DNA of 64,000 nt, taken from the NCBI GenBank assembly GCA_964593675.1, contig CAZQIE010000007.1:671-64670 (forward strand), written 5' to 3'. Origin of the DNA: an uncultured Opitutales bacterium. GTDB taxonomy: Bacteria > Verrucomicrobiota > Verrucomicrobiia > Opitutales > CAZQIE01. The notes under the pieces were generated by a model. It searched no databases. It was not told where the DNA came from and saw nothing but the letters and a program-made list of their open reading frames with translations. This document shows, piece after piece, positions 19,166 through 28,600 of this stretch (positions within the stretch are counted from its first letter, which is position 1; each line of letters starts with the position of its first letter). The position numbers were made by a program, and so were the translations under genes.

Positions 19166-21091
19166 TCACACCGGCAGGTCCGGAACCTCGGGTTCTCCGG
19201 CAAGCGGCCGGCTCAGGTCGAGCGTGACCCGCACGGTCCGCTCGTCATCGTCGCGATCGAGCTTTGCCCCGAATTTATGGAAGACATGGAGCATCGGCTG
19301 GTTGTCCTGACCGCAAAGAGCCCAGAGGCTTTTGAGCCCACGTTTCCGCGCCACTTCCACCATATGTCTCAGTAGCAGGCTGCACATGCCGTGGCGCTGC
19401 TTCGACTCTCGCACGACAAAGGCCATTTCCCCGGACGTCTCGTTGGCGTCGAGGAAGTACCGGCCCACCGCGTGGATGACCTGCCGCGGCCCTTGCACCT
19501 CAAACACCGCCAGCGCGAGATCCTTGGACTGGTCCACACTGACGAGATGGTAGGCGCGCTCGCGGGTCATGCGGCTCACCGGGTGGCCGTAACGCCGCAG
19601 GATGGTTTCTGGCGAATGGGAATAAAAGAATTCCTGCAGTCGGCGCTCGTCCGACGGGTGCAAGGGGCGAAGCTGGCAGGTCTCGCCTTTAAGCGTCACC
19701 CATTGGCTTTCAACGTCCCCAATCTCCGTAACTGGAATGGGAGAGACAGCCTGATAGGCTGGCACGAGCCGGCGGCGCCGCGCTTCCTCAAGCAGGCTGT
19801 CGCGGAATTTTGGATGGGCTACCTGTATGAGCTCCAGCACGCGCTCGCGGACGCTGCGGCCCCGGAGCGTGGCTACGCCGTATTCCGTGACGACAAAATG
19901 GACGTCCGTGCGGGTCGCAGACACCGACACCCCTTCGGCGAGAGCCGGCACGATGGTCGAGACTTCGCCGCGGCATGCCGTGGAGCGCAGGCAGACAATG
20001 GCGCGCCCGCCGGGAGCCAGGGAGGCGCCCCGGAGAAAATCGGGGTGGCCGCCAATCCCGCTGTGCAAGCGCGTGCCGATGGTGTCGGCCACGGCTTGCC
20101 CGGTAAGGTCGACCTGAAGGGCGCCGTTTATTGCGACCATCTTGTGTTGGCTCGCGATCGTGAAGGGCGCGTTAACGTACTCCGTCGGGTGAAAAGCAAT
20201 GTGCGGGTTATTGTTAACGTGGGCGTAGAGCCGGCGCGTGCCCAGGCACATCGCGGCAACGGTTTGGCCTGTATGGGATGTCTTGCAACTGTTGTCTACG
20301 GAGCCGCAGAGGATGAGGTCCAGCAGGTCTTCCGTGAGCAACTCGGTATGGACGCCGAGCCGCCGGTGGCCCGCAAGGGCCGCGCAAACTGCGGCCGCCA
20401 CCTTGCCCATCCCAAGCTGGAGCGTGCTGCCGTCCTCGATAAGCTGCGCGACGTAAGCCCCGATGCGTGCCGTCACGGAGTCCCGAGGCGTAGCGGGAAC
20501 CTCGGGAGGCGCCTCGGAGTGCTCCATGATGCGCGATATGCGGGACTGGTGGATGAAGCTGTCCCCCAGCGTGCGGGGCAGCAGGGGATTGACTTGCGCG
20601 ATCACGGTGCGGGCGACTCGGGCCGCCGCGGAAACGACGTCCACGCTCGGCCCAAGCGAGCAGTAGCCGGAGGCATCCGGCGGCGTAACCGCGATCAGCG
20701 CGACATCGACAGGCACCATGCCCTGCGCAAACAGCCCAGGGATTTCCGACAAGGGCATGGGGGTGTAATCCGCGCCCGCGTGATTTACGCTGTCGCGCAG
20801 ACCGGGCCCGACAAAATACGTGTTCACCCGGAAGCTCGCGCGGAAGCGGGCGTCCGCCCACGGTGCTGGCCCGAGTGTGAGGCCGTGGAAAAGCTCAACG
20901 TCCTTCAGCGCGTCCGCGTGTGAGAGAAGGGAGCCCATCAAGCCGCCGGGAAACGCCGCTCCGGACCCGATGAACACGCGGCTTCCGGGTCGAATCAGGT
21001 GGGGCCATTCCTTGGGATCAAGGGGCTTCATTTTCAGGTGCGAACGGGCGCGCCCGAGCATCGGGGGGACGCCGTCCGCAGGCGGTTTCAC
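19166..21091 (-). CDS. Acetyl-CoA hydrolase/transferase family protein fused to a C-terminal GNAT acetyltransferase domain
   Basis: The N-terminal ~430 aa carry SGIGGHPDFLRGA, typical of the acetyl-CoA hydrolase/CoA-transferase family. The C-terminal ~170 aa are GNAT-like (LRPLHPSDERRLQEFF...QRHGMCSLLLRHMVEVARKRGL). The start may be ATG 21031. Confidence 0.75.
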   Translation of the reverse strand: MKPPADGVPPMLGRARSHLKMKPLDPKEWPHLIRPGSRVFIGSGAAFPGGLMGSLLSHADALKDVELFHGLTLGPAPWADARFRASFRVNTYFVGPGLRDSVNHAGADYTPMPLSEIPGLFAQGMVPVDVALIAVTPPDASGYCSLGPSVDVVSAAARVARTVIAQVNPLLPRTLGDSFIHQSRISRIMEHSEAPPEVPATPRDSVTARIGAYVAQLIEDGSTLQLGMGKVAAAVCAALAGHRRLGVHTELLTEDLLDLILCGSVDNSCKTSHTGQTVAAMCLGTRRLYAHVNNNPHIAFHPTEYVNAPFTIASQHKMVAINGALQVDLTGQAVADTIGTRLHSGIGGHPDFLRGASLAPGGRAIVCLRSTACRGEVSTIVPALAEGVSVSATRTDVHFVVTEYGVATLRGRSVRERVLELIQVAHPKFRDSLLEEARRRRLVPAYQAVSPIPVTEIGDVESQWVTLKGETCQLRPLHPSDERRLQEFFYSHSPETILRRYGHPVSRMTRERAYHLVSVDQSKDLALAVFEVQGPRQVIHAVGRYFLDANETSGEMAFVVRESKQRHGMCSLLLRHMVEVARKRGLKSLWALCGQDNQPMLHVFHKFGAKLDRDDDERTVRVTLDLSRPLAGEPEVPDLPV

Positions 21092-21153
21092 AGCGGCTTC
21101 AGCCGAGTAAGGTTGCGGGCGCGGCCGGTTGAGTCAAAGGTATCACCTGCACC

Positions 21154-22266
21154 GTGAAGCCGGAAGCAAATAGTGGTGAGGCCATGGCAGCCCGCGAGGC
21201 CGCCGCACGAGCGCCGTTTTGGGGCAAGACGCCCCATCAGCGCAAGGCTCCCTCCTGCCCGGCCACACGCGAGAACCTGGCCGCAGAGGCGGCGCGGCTG
21301 GGCTTTGCGGAAGTGGCCGTGGCCCCGGTGGACGTCCCCCTGCGCCGCGCATATTATGAGCGCTGGATCGCGGAAGGCCGCCACGGGGAAATGCGCTGGC
21401 TGGAGGAAAACAACGCCCGCAGGCTCAACCCGCGCAGAATCCTGCCGGAAGCCCGCAGCATCCTTTGCCTCGGGTTCTCCTATTTCCAACCCCAACCCGG
21501 TCGGCGCGGCACCATTGCACGTTACGCTCTTGGCGGCGACTACCACGACCTCGTCTACAAGCGCATGAAGAAGCTGTGCGCGTGGCTGCGCCAGCACGGC
21601 GGGGACCAGAAGCCCTATCTCGATACGGGGCCCGTGCTTGAACGCGCCCTCGCCGCCGTTGCCGGGCTCGGGTGGCAGGGCAAAAGCACCATGCTCATCC
21701 ACCCACGCCATGGGACGTGGCTTTTTCTAGGCGTCATCCTCACGACGCTTGAATTCCAGCCTGACAGCGCGATGCCGGACCATTGTGGACGCTGCACGCG
21801 CTGCATAACGGCGTGCCCCACGGGCGCCATCACCGCGCCCTATGAACTCGATGCACGCCGGTGCATCTCGTACCTCACGATTGAGAACCCTGGCTCAATT
21901 CCCGTTGAGTTCCGGCGCGCCGTGGGAGACAGGCTGTACGGGTGCGATGCGTGCCTGGACGCCTGCCCGTGGAACCGCTGGGCCGCAACCACACGCGAGG
22001 CCAAGTTGCAGGCGAGGAGCTACCCGGATGTGCGTGATCTCCTTGGGCTCGATGAGGCCGCTTTCGAGACCCTGTTCACAGCAACGCCCCTCAAGCGTCT
22101 TGGGCGAGCCCGGCTCCTGCGGAACGCCTGTGTCGTGCTCGGAAATATCGGAGGTGCGGAAGACCTGCCTGCACTCGCCAAAGCCGCTGCCGATCCCGAC
22201 GCGCTCATCGCCGAACACGCCGCCTGGGCGGGGTCAGAGATCCGGCAACGCACAGGCCGGGCCTGA
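21154..22266 (+). CDS. queG: Epoxyqueuosine reductase
   Basis: HGEMRWLEEN, ferredoxin-type clusters CGRCTRCITACPTGAI and CDACLDACPWN, plus CISYLTIE. Confidence 0.85.
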   Translation: MKPEANSGEAMAAREAAARAPFWGKTPHQRKAPSCPATRENLAAEAARLGFAEVAVAPVDVPLRRAYYERWIAEGRHGEMRWLEENNARRLNPRRILPEARSILCLGFSYFQPQPGRRGTIARYALGGDYHDLVYKRMKKLCAWLRQHGGDQKPYLDTGPVLERALAAVAGLGWQGKSTMLIHPRHGTWLFLGVILTTLEFQPDSAMPDHCGRCTRCITACPTGAITAPYELDARRCISYLTIENPGSIPVEFRRAVGDRLYGCDACLDACPWNRWAATTREAKLQARSYPDVRDLLGLDEAAFETLFTATPLKRLGRARLLRNACVVLGNIGGAEDLPALAKAAADPDALIAEHAAWAGSEIRQRTGRA

Positions 22267-22307
22267 TTGCTCGTTGGGTTAAGCGGCCCCCACTTCATTG
22301 CCGCCCG

Positions 22308-22322
22308 CTGAACGTTTTCAGC
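22308..22322 (+). promoter_or_regulatory. Glycan-locus box CTGAACGTTTTCAGC
   Basis: AACG lies 71 nt upstream of ATG 22382. See the finding on the recurrent box. Confidence 0.45.
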
Positions 22323-22381
22323 GCCGCTGGTGTTTCCGCGCACCGACCGCGCCCAGATAATGCTCCACGCAATTTCATGCC

Positions 22382-24580
22382 ATGGAGCCTTCACCCCCAG
22401 AAACCTATAACGTCTCCTTTCACGAGTTGGGCAACGGGTCCGCAGACAGCCTGCCCCTGGGGAATGGCGACGCTGCTGCAAATGTCTGGGTCGACAAAAA
22501 GGGGGACATCGGGATCTATCTGGCGAAAAGCGACGCCTGGGACGAACATGGGCGCCTCGTAAAGGTTGGCAGGATCAGCCTCAGTTTCAGACCGAACATC
22601 TTTCTCGACGCCCGTAGGGTCCGGCTCTGCCTTACCATTTCCCGAGCGGAAGTGGGGTTATACTGCCGAAACGGGAAACACGCCGCCTACGTCCGACTGC
22701 GCGTGGATGCGCACCATCCGGTTCTCGTTGCCGAGGTCTTTTCCAAGACGCCCGTCCACGTGACGGCATGCCTGTCGCCCTGGCGGGAAAAGGAGCGCGA
22801 ACTTGAACGTAAAGAGATGCACGGTGTCGATCCGTGGACGTCGAAAATCGTATCCCGTCCCGACAAGCCCTGCACACTGGGCCAACACAGCATTGCCTGG
22901 TTCCGCTCAAACCCGGGCAAAACCATCGCCTCGGAGTCGCTCCGCCGGGAAGGCCTTGAGGGCCAGCGAAACGGCGCCGATGCACTGGCCTACCATTCCT
23001 TCGGGGCCGTCGTATCCGCGAATTCCGCGCTCAAGCGCTCAGGAACGACGAGGCTTGTTTCCTCCACGCGCCTGAAGCGGGCTCAGCTTCGGATCGCCCT
23101 GGGAACTTTCAAGGCTGCACATGTGCCTGAGGCCAAACGGGCCTTGCGGGACCTCAGGCACGTCGCGGAGTCCATCGACCCTTCGGCCACACGCAAAGAG
23201 CACCTGCGCTGGTGGAGGTGCTTCTGGCGGCGGAGCTACATTAACGCGACGAACGCGGAATGGCAGGCCCGCGGGGTGTCCGCTGCGTACGCGCGTCAGC
23301 GTTATCTCAGCGCGTGCGCCGGGCGCGGTTCGCACCCGATCAAGTTCAACGGCTCCCTCTTTACCTGTGATTGGCGCGTCTCAGGGGAAGACTTTGACGC
23401 GGACTACCGGCGCTGGGGCGGCGCCTACTGGCTGCAAAACACGCGCCTGATCTACTGGCCCATGCTTGCGGCGGGCGACTACGACCTGATGCTACCGTTC
23501 TTCCGCATGTATCAGGAGACCCTGCCCGTGGCGAAGGAGCGCGTGCAGAAGTGGTTCGGCCACGCCGGCGCCTGGTTCCCCGAGACGATGTATTTTTGGA
23601 GAGCCTTCAGGATGGTTGACTACGGGCTCGTCCGTGAGGGACGTCCGTTGGCGCACGTCGAGAACACTTACATGGCGCGCTATTGGTCGCCGATGCTTGA
23701 GGTCGCCATCATGATGGCAGACTACGTTGAGCACACCGCGGACTCCGGGTTCCTCCATCGCGTCTTCCTTCCTTTGGCACGCGAGGTGTTGCAGTTCTAC
23801 CTTGCCCATTTTCCACGGGACGCGCACGGCCGCCTGTGTATTGAAAACTCACATACAATCGAGCAGTTCCACCATTGCGACAACCCGCTCCCCGACATCG
23901 CGGGCTTGAAGGATCTCACCGCGCGGGTGCGGAAGCTTTCCAGGCGTTCCGGCGATCGCACGCTCGCCCAGGCGTTTGAGGACATCCTTCCGCAGCTCCC
24001 TCGCGAACCTTTCGAAAACACGCATGTTCTCAAGGTCGCAGACCGGGTGTATGACAAGCCGCGAAACACGGAGAACCCGGAGCTTTATGCTGTTTTCCCC
24101 TTCCGGCATTTCGGCGTGCATCGGCCCCATTTGGAACAGGGGCGCGCGACCTTCCACAAGCGCACTTATCAGGCCACCGGCGGTTGGCGTCAGGATGCCG
24201 TGCAAGCCGCGTGCCTCGGGTTCGCCGAGACCGCCGCGGCGTCCGTGATCCAGAACGCCTTCACGAAATGCGCTTCCAGTTTCCCCGCCTTCTGGGGACC
24301 GAATTTCGACTGGATTCCTGACCAGGACCACGGCTGCGTCATTCAGTTGGCGCTCCAGACCATGCTCCTGCAAAACGTGGACCAAAAGATTCTGCTCTTC
24401 CCTGCCTGGCCACGGCAGTGGGATGTCGATTTCAAGCTCCACGCGCCTCGGCAAACCACGATCGAGGCCTCACTGAGGCAGGGAAAGCTGGAGCGCATCG
24501 AGATTACGCCGCGCTCGCGCCGCAAAGACGTCTTCGTGTGCCTGCCAGATTGCGTGAACGGTTACGCGCTTGAAGGCTGA
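22382..24580 (+). CDS. Glycoside-hydrolase-like protein (DUF5703 N-terminal type)
   Basis: N-terminus SLPLGNGDAAANVWVDKKGDIGIYLAKSDAWDEHGRLVKVGRISL resembles the DUF5703/GH95-like N-domain. No signal peptide. By-eye call. Confidence 0.55.
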   Translation: MEPSPPETYNVSFHELGNGSADSLPLGNGDAAANVWVDKKGDIGIYLAKSDAWDEHGRLVKVGRISLSFRPNIFLDARRVRLCLTISRAEVGLYCRNGKHAAYVRLRVDAHHPVLVAEVFSKTPVHVTACLSPWREKERELERKEMHGVDPWTSKIVSRPDKPCTLGQHSIAWFRSNPGKTIASESLRREGLEGQRNGADALAYHSFGAVVSANSALKRSGTTRLVSSTRLKRAQLRIALGTFKAAHVPEAKRALRDLRHVAESIDPSATRKEHLRWWRCFWRRSYINATNAEWQARGVSAAYARQRYLSACAGRGSHPIKFNGSLFTCDWRVSGEDFDADYRRWGGAYWLQNTRLIYWPMLAAGDYDLMLPFFRMYQETLPVAKERVQKWFGHAGAWFPETMYFWRAFRMVDYGLVREGRPLAHVENTYMARYWSPMLEVAIMMADYVEHTADSGFLHRVFLPLAREVLQFYLAHFPRDAHGRLCIENSHTIEQFHHCDNPLPDIAGLKDLTARVRKLSRRSGDRTLAQAFEDILPQLPREPFENTHVLKVADRVYDKPRNTENPELYAVFPFRHFGVHRPHLEQGRATFHKRTYQATGGWRQDAVQAACLGFAETAAASVIQNAFTKCASSFPAFWGPNFDWIPDQDHGCVIQLALQTMLLQNVDQKILLFPAWPRQWDVDFKLHAPRQTTIEASLRQGKLERIEITPRSRRKDVFVCLPDCVNGYALEG

Positions 24581-24628
24581 CGGCACCCAGCTGCGCGCAC
24601 GCCGACCAGCCCATAGTTTCGGAGAATT

Positions 24629-24654
24629 CAGGTGTGAGCCCACACACCTGTTTG
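24629..24654 (+). terminator. Hairpin CAGGTGTG-N6-CACACCTG followed by TTT, between convergent genes
   Basis: Seen in the sequence. The T-tail is short. Confidence 0.45.
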
Positions 24655-24700
24655 CCGCGAGGCCTGGGCAGCGCGTAGCGTGGGATTTCCGGCCAGCGGG

Positions 24701-27700
24701 CTACCAGCGGAAGTACCGCGCCGGATCGTCCCCAAGCTCCTTTTCCTCAATGAAGCCGGGGACGTAGAAGGGCGACGCTCCCTTTCCGCCAAATGGCGTG
24801 TTTTCGCCCGCAAAGGCGGCCCCCATGTTGGCGAGGATCTGGGACAGCGCCCGCGTCATGCGCCATTCCGAGTATTTCAGGTACGGGTACTTTGCGACCT
24901 TGAGCATCGGGGGCGTCATCTGAAAATAGACCGCCGTGCCTGAGCCGCAGGAGGCACGCGCCAGAATGCCCTCTCCGCTTATGTCCTTCGTCACGCCGGG
25001 AACCGCGTCGCCGGTATCTACAACGAGCGGCGCGAAAACATCAACGCGCGTGCGCAGGTCCGAATACGACAGCCCGCGTAGTTCGGGCCAATCCGCCAGC
25101 TCACGCGCCCGCGTGAAGGTGTCCGCCCGGTTTACGACAAAGCCCAGGGGAAGCCTGGCCTGGCGGCGGGCCAAAAAGAAAATGCGGCCGCCTTGCTGCA
25201 GGAAACGGGTGCATGCCTCATCAGAGACCGCTGCGTCAGGCCCAGCCACAACGAGTGTGTCGGGCGCAGGCAACGTCGTGGAGGCCTCATGCACGACGCC
25301 CATCCTGGTCAGGAGTTCCTGACCTTCAGGACCGCCCAGGTACGCGACGGCGCGCGTATCCGCCTTGGGCGCGGTTTGCGCGTATGCGATAAGGCGGTGC
25401 ACGACGAGAGCCGCCACGGGCTCGTCGCGTTCGCGACCCTCGACATCCAGTCCGCAATAGAGGACGCGGCCCGCGCCGCAAGTGGCTTCCAAAAGGGGCG
25501 AATAGGCGAGGTCGAACTCGCCCTCAAGAAGAGGCGTCCACGGGCCATAGTGGGGCTTTTCCACAACGGAACTGCTGACGCTCCCCCGATTTCCCCAGTG
25601 CCAACCGTATTTCGGCGCATGTGCGATCGGGCGCTTCAGCTCGGCATCCGCGGTGGAGGCCGGGACAAGGGTTCCCGCACCGCGCCAATCCCGGAAATCT
25701 TCGGCATCTAGCCCGGTAACAACCGGGTGCGCGGTCTGCGTGGGCACAGGCCAGAAGCGGCGCGAGACGTACCGGCTGACACGAAAGCCCTTTTCGCGCA
25801 GCCAGTCCGGGTCCTGCCCAAACACGATAACAGCAGCACCTGCGTTGGCGAAGGCCATTGCCTGCGCAACCAGCTCCCCGTTCTGTTTAAACGCGCCACG
25901 GCCGACAACCAGCACCGTACCCGGCGCAGGCTTTGTCGCGGGTCCCGGTTCGTCCACCGCGATATTGAGGTTCGCAAGCATGCGGGCGGTATCCGCGAGC
26001 GGGTCCACGATCACGACCTTAAGTCCGGGCGCGGGTTGAAGCTTTGGATAGATGCGGAGCTTGAACTCGTCCTGCAGAAGCTGGCCCCCTACCCTGCATT
26101 CCAATCTAAGCAAGGCTTCCGTCGGTTCCGTGACAGCAGGCAGCACCGCTTCGAAAGGCACGAACTTCGTCTCCGCCACAGCCAGCGTCTCGGCGAAACT
26201 GCCGCCCGCGAGCCTGTTACTCGCCGTGACAAGCGACCATGTGCCCGAGGCCTGGGCCCTTTCGCGGCTATCATTCAGGAGCACGATCTGCTTTTTGAGC
26301 GTTTCGCCCGCGTAGTAATGGTGGTCTTTCGCCGTGAATGCCGCCGGATCTCCCGGCACCGCGCCACCTGCAAGGTAGGCCAATACCGGGCCGTTGTTTT
26401 TCAAAAGCGCGACGCCCGCGGGCAGGGTAACATTTTCCGGGGACTTGAAGGGCCGCAGCAGGTCTGCCGGAAGCTCGCGGAGGTAGCCGCCACGTCGGCC
26501 CGGCTCCCACTGGGGGGCCTGTACGGTCGGAAATTTCGCGCCCCAGCCCCCCTTCCACTTGCCTTCCCAGCCATGCGCGGCCCCCCACGGGACCATTCCA
26601 CCCGAAATGCCAAATGCCCGCCAACTGCGCCAGGTTGCAGGGATGAAGATGCCCAGCATTTCCTGAAATGCGGCCTCATTCTCACCGATCACGCCGGCCC
26701 AGTCGGGCTTTTGTGGCGGGTTGCTTTGGCGGTCGGCGACAGCCGTACGGTACGCCTTGCTTTCAAGATCATAGGCGCGGCTCCCAAGATAACTCGCCGT
26801 GAACTCGGTCATAAGCGGCTCGCTTATGCCGGCGCGGTGACCGCCATTGCGGCCCCGCATCATGGTCGTGGACAAGGGCACCCCGAACTCCACAGCCATG
26901 TAGGGCATCTCGCCGTGCTGGGCCCACGCGCTCAGCCACTCCTCGCGCTCCTGAAGCGGGATGAGGTTCGGGTAGGTGTTTGCGGCATAGACGTCGCCAA
27001 CCGATGCCCCCTGGTGGACGAGGACGGGGCGGGTCGGGTCAAGCGCCTTTATCGTCGCCACAGCGGCCTCCCCGATCTTTGCCCGGAACTTCCACAACGG
27101 CGCCTCCGCGCCCTTCTTCATGCCAATGCGTAATGGGTTCTGGTCATCACCGTGCCCGAACATGTTGGGACTCGTCGCCCACATGATGATGGACGGATGA
27201 TTGCGCATACGCCGCAGTTCTGCCCGCAGGGCGGCCTCCCAGCCTTCCCTTACGCCCGGTTTCTGCCACTCGTTGACCAGATGGGCCATGGACGTGGCGT
27301 TTCCGAGCAACGGCATGCCGACGCGGTCTGCCAGGGATGCCTCAAGCTGCCGACTTGCCATGCGACCCCGCTCGGTATCGGGCTCCGGCCAGCACTCCAG
27401 GACGTTGAATCCTGCGTCGAGCGACGAGCGGAAAAGGCCCTCGATCAGCTCGGGCACGCCTCCCCCGTAACGCGTGCCCGCGAGCCAGGGCCTCATCCGG
27501 AATTCCGTTCCATTGAGAAAAACTTTGCGGCCTTCCACCCAGCACTCCCTAAACCCGAAGAGCTGCGAATACTCGTCGGCGAGCCCTTTGCCAGTGACCT
27601 TCAGCCGCAGGCGGTACAGGTTTGGCTGACCGACATCCCAAAGCTTTGGCGCGATCCAATCGAGCGACAGCCCCTTGAGAACAGTCTCCTTCCCGCCAGA

Positions 27701-28369
27701 GGCCTCCGTGACGGCCTTAAGCAGGACCCGCTTCTGTTCCACTCCCTGAAGGTCGAATACCGCGATCTCCGCGTTTACAGGAAGGTCTGCAGGCACGCCC
27801 TCAAGCTCAAGGTCCACAAAGAGTTTTTTCTGCCGCACAGAGGGCCGAATGAAGATGCCGGCGAGGCGGGAGCCCTGGGGCATGCTGGACAAGATGACGT
27901 CGCCGATAATACCACGGCTGGCGAGGCGTGCGACCCTGACCGAATTATGGCCAGCCTCCGTTCCCATGAGGTCCACGACCTCCTTTTCTTCCTGCACCGC
28001 AATGACGAGAACGAGAAGCTCGTTGGACTGGCCTATGCGCACGGCCTTCGTGATGTCCACCACCCCACCCGGCCACGCTGTGCGCCCGCACTCCTGCCCA
28101 TTAACGAAGACCACGCTGTCGGTGCTGATCCGCTGAAAGTCCAGTTCTATGGCGCGGCCCGCCCAGTCTTCTGGCACATTGAACGTGCGGCGGTACCACA
28201 CGCGGGAAACCTGCTTTCCATCCTGTCCCGGATAGGCAGCCCAGGAAGCCCCGGAACCGATGCTCAGGGGCCCGCCCGGCGCAGACCAGTTCTGATCCCA
28301 AGTGCCCGGAACGCGCACCCAGCCCCAATCGCCGTCCGGAGCCTGCGCGGACGGACCGATGGCGGGCAC
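24701..28369 (-). CDS. Glycoside hydrolase family 2-like protein (body of the gene, 1222 codons from GTG)
   Basis: GH2 sugar-binding region WYRRTFNVPEDWAGRAIELDFQRISTDSVVFVNGQECG and TIM-barrel region RNHPSIIMW. This ORF carries no signal peptide. See the fragment at 28379..28555. Confidence 0.8.
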   Translation of the reverse strand: MPAIGPSAQAPDGDWGWVRVPGTWDQNWSAPGGPLSIGSGASWAAYPGQDGKQVSRVWYRRTFNVPEDWAGRAIELDFQRISTDSVVFVNGQECGRTAWPGGVVDITKAVRIGQSNELLVLVIAVQEEKEVVDLMGTEAGHNSVRVARLASRGIIGDVILSSMPQGSRLAGIFIRPSVRQKKLFVDLELEGVPADLPVNAEIAVFDLQGVEQKRVLLKAVTEASGGKETVLKGLSLDWIAPKLWDVGQPNLYRLRLKVTGKGLADEYSQLFGFRECWVEGRKVFLNGTEFRMRPWLAGTRYGGGVPELIEGLFRSSLDAGFNVLECWPEPDTERGRMASRQLEASLADRVGMPLLGNATSMAHLVNEWQKPGVREGWEAALRAELRRMRNHPSIIMWATSPNMFGHGDDQNPLRIGMKKGAEAPLWKFRAKIGEAAVATIKALDPTRPVLVHQGASVGDVYAANTYPNLIPLQEREEWLSAWAQHGEMPYMAVEFGVPLSTTMMRGRNGGHRAGISEPLMTEFTASYLGSRAYDLESKAYRTAVADRQSNPPQKPDWAGVIGENEAAFQEMLGIFIPATWRSWRAFGISGGMVPWGAAHGWEGKWKGGWGAKFPTVQAPQWEPGRRGGYLRELPADLLRPFKSPENVTLPAGVALLKNNGPVLAYLAGGAVPGDPAAFTAKDHHYYAGETLKKQIVLLNDSRERAQASGTWSLVTASNRLAGGSFAETLAVAETKFVPFEAVLPAVTEPTEALLRLECRVGGQLLQDEFKLRIYPKLQPAPGLKVVIVDPLADTARMLANLNIAVDEPGPATKPAPGTVLVVGRGAFKQNGELVAQAMAFANAGAAVIVFGQDPDWLREKGFRVSRYVSRRFWPVPTQTAHPVVTGLDAEDFRDWRGAGTLVPASTADAELKRPIAHAPKYGWHWGNRGSVSSSVVEKPHYGPWTPLLEGEFDLAYSPLLEATCGAGRVLYCGLDVEGRERDEPVAALVVHRLIAYAQTAPKADTRAVAYLGGPEGQELLTRMGVVHEASTTLPAPDTLVVAGPDAAVSDEACTRFLQQGGRIFFLARRQARLPLGFVVNRADTFTRARELADWPELRGLSYSDLRTRVDVFAPLVVDTGDAVPGVTKDISGEGILARASCGSGTAVYFQMTPPMLKVAKYPYLKYSEWRMTRALSQILANMGAAFAGENTPFGGKGASPFYVPGFIEEKELGDDPARYFRW

Positions 28370-28375
28370 GAAATT

Positions 28376-28378
28376 CTA
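28376..28378 (-). other. In-frame TAG between the GH2 N-terminal fragment and the GH2 body
   Basis: Plus-strand cta at 28376-28378. Same frame as the ATG at 28555 and the GTG at 28369 (186 nt = 62 codons apart). Confidence 0.9.
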
Positions 28379-28555
28379 GACCCCGTTCAGGCAAATCTGA
28401 GCCCGAACGGGGCTGACAACCTCCGTCGGCTCCCGCCCCCACGTGTTCGCAACTCCGGCTGGGAGCTTGCCGTCGCGAGGCAACGCAGGTTGTGCGGCGG
28501 CAGCAACGCAGGACAGGAGCAGGAGGCAGGGAAGAAGAAGCCGACGTAGGCGCAT
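28379..28555 (-). pseudogene. Signal-peptide-bearing N-terminal fragment of the GH2 gene (59 codons)
   Basis: Translates to MRLRRLLLPCLLLLSCVAAAAQPALPRDGKLPAGVANTWGREPTEVVSPVRAQICLNGV then TAG. It is below the 60-aa cutoff of the supplied ORF track. Confidence 0.6.
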
Positions 28556-28600
28556 TTCTATCAGGGGAGAAGGGGTGAACGCGTGTGAAGGTAGCCGCGG

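Noticed and set aside
28376-28378. The in-frame TAG in the GH2 gene read as pyrrolysine, given the MtaA-like genes nearby.
   Set aside because: - No pylTSBCD genes and no Pyl-type methylamine methyltransferase are in the window.
- MtaA-type proteins do not contain Pyl.
- The hairpin lies upstream of the TAG, not downstream as a PYLIS-like element would.
- A nonsense mutation or a sequencing error is more parsimonious.
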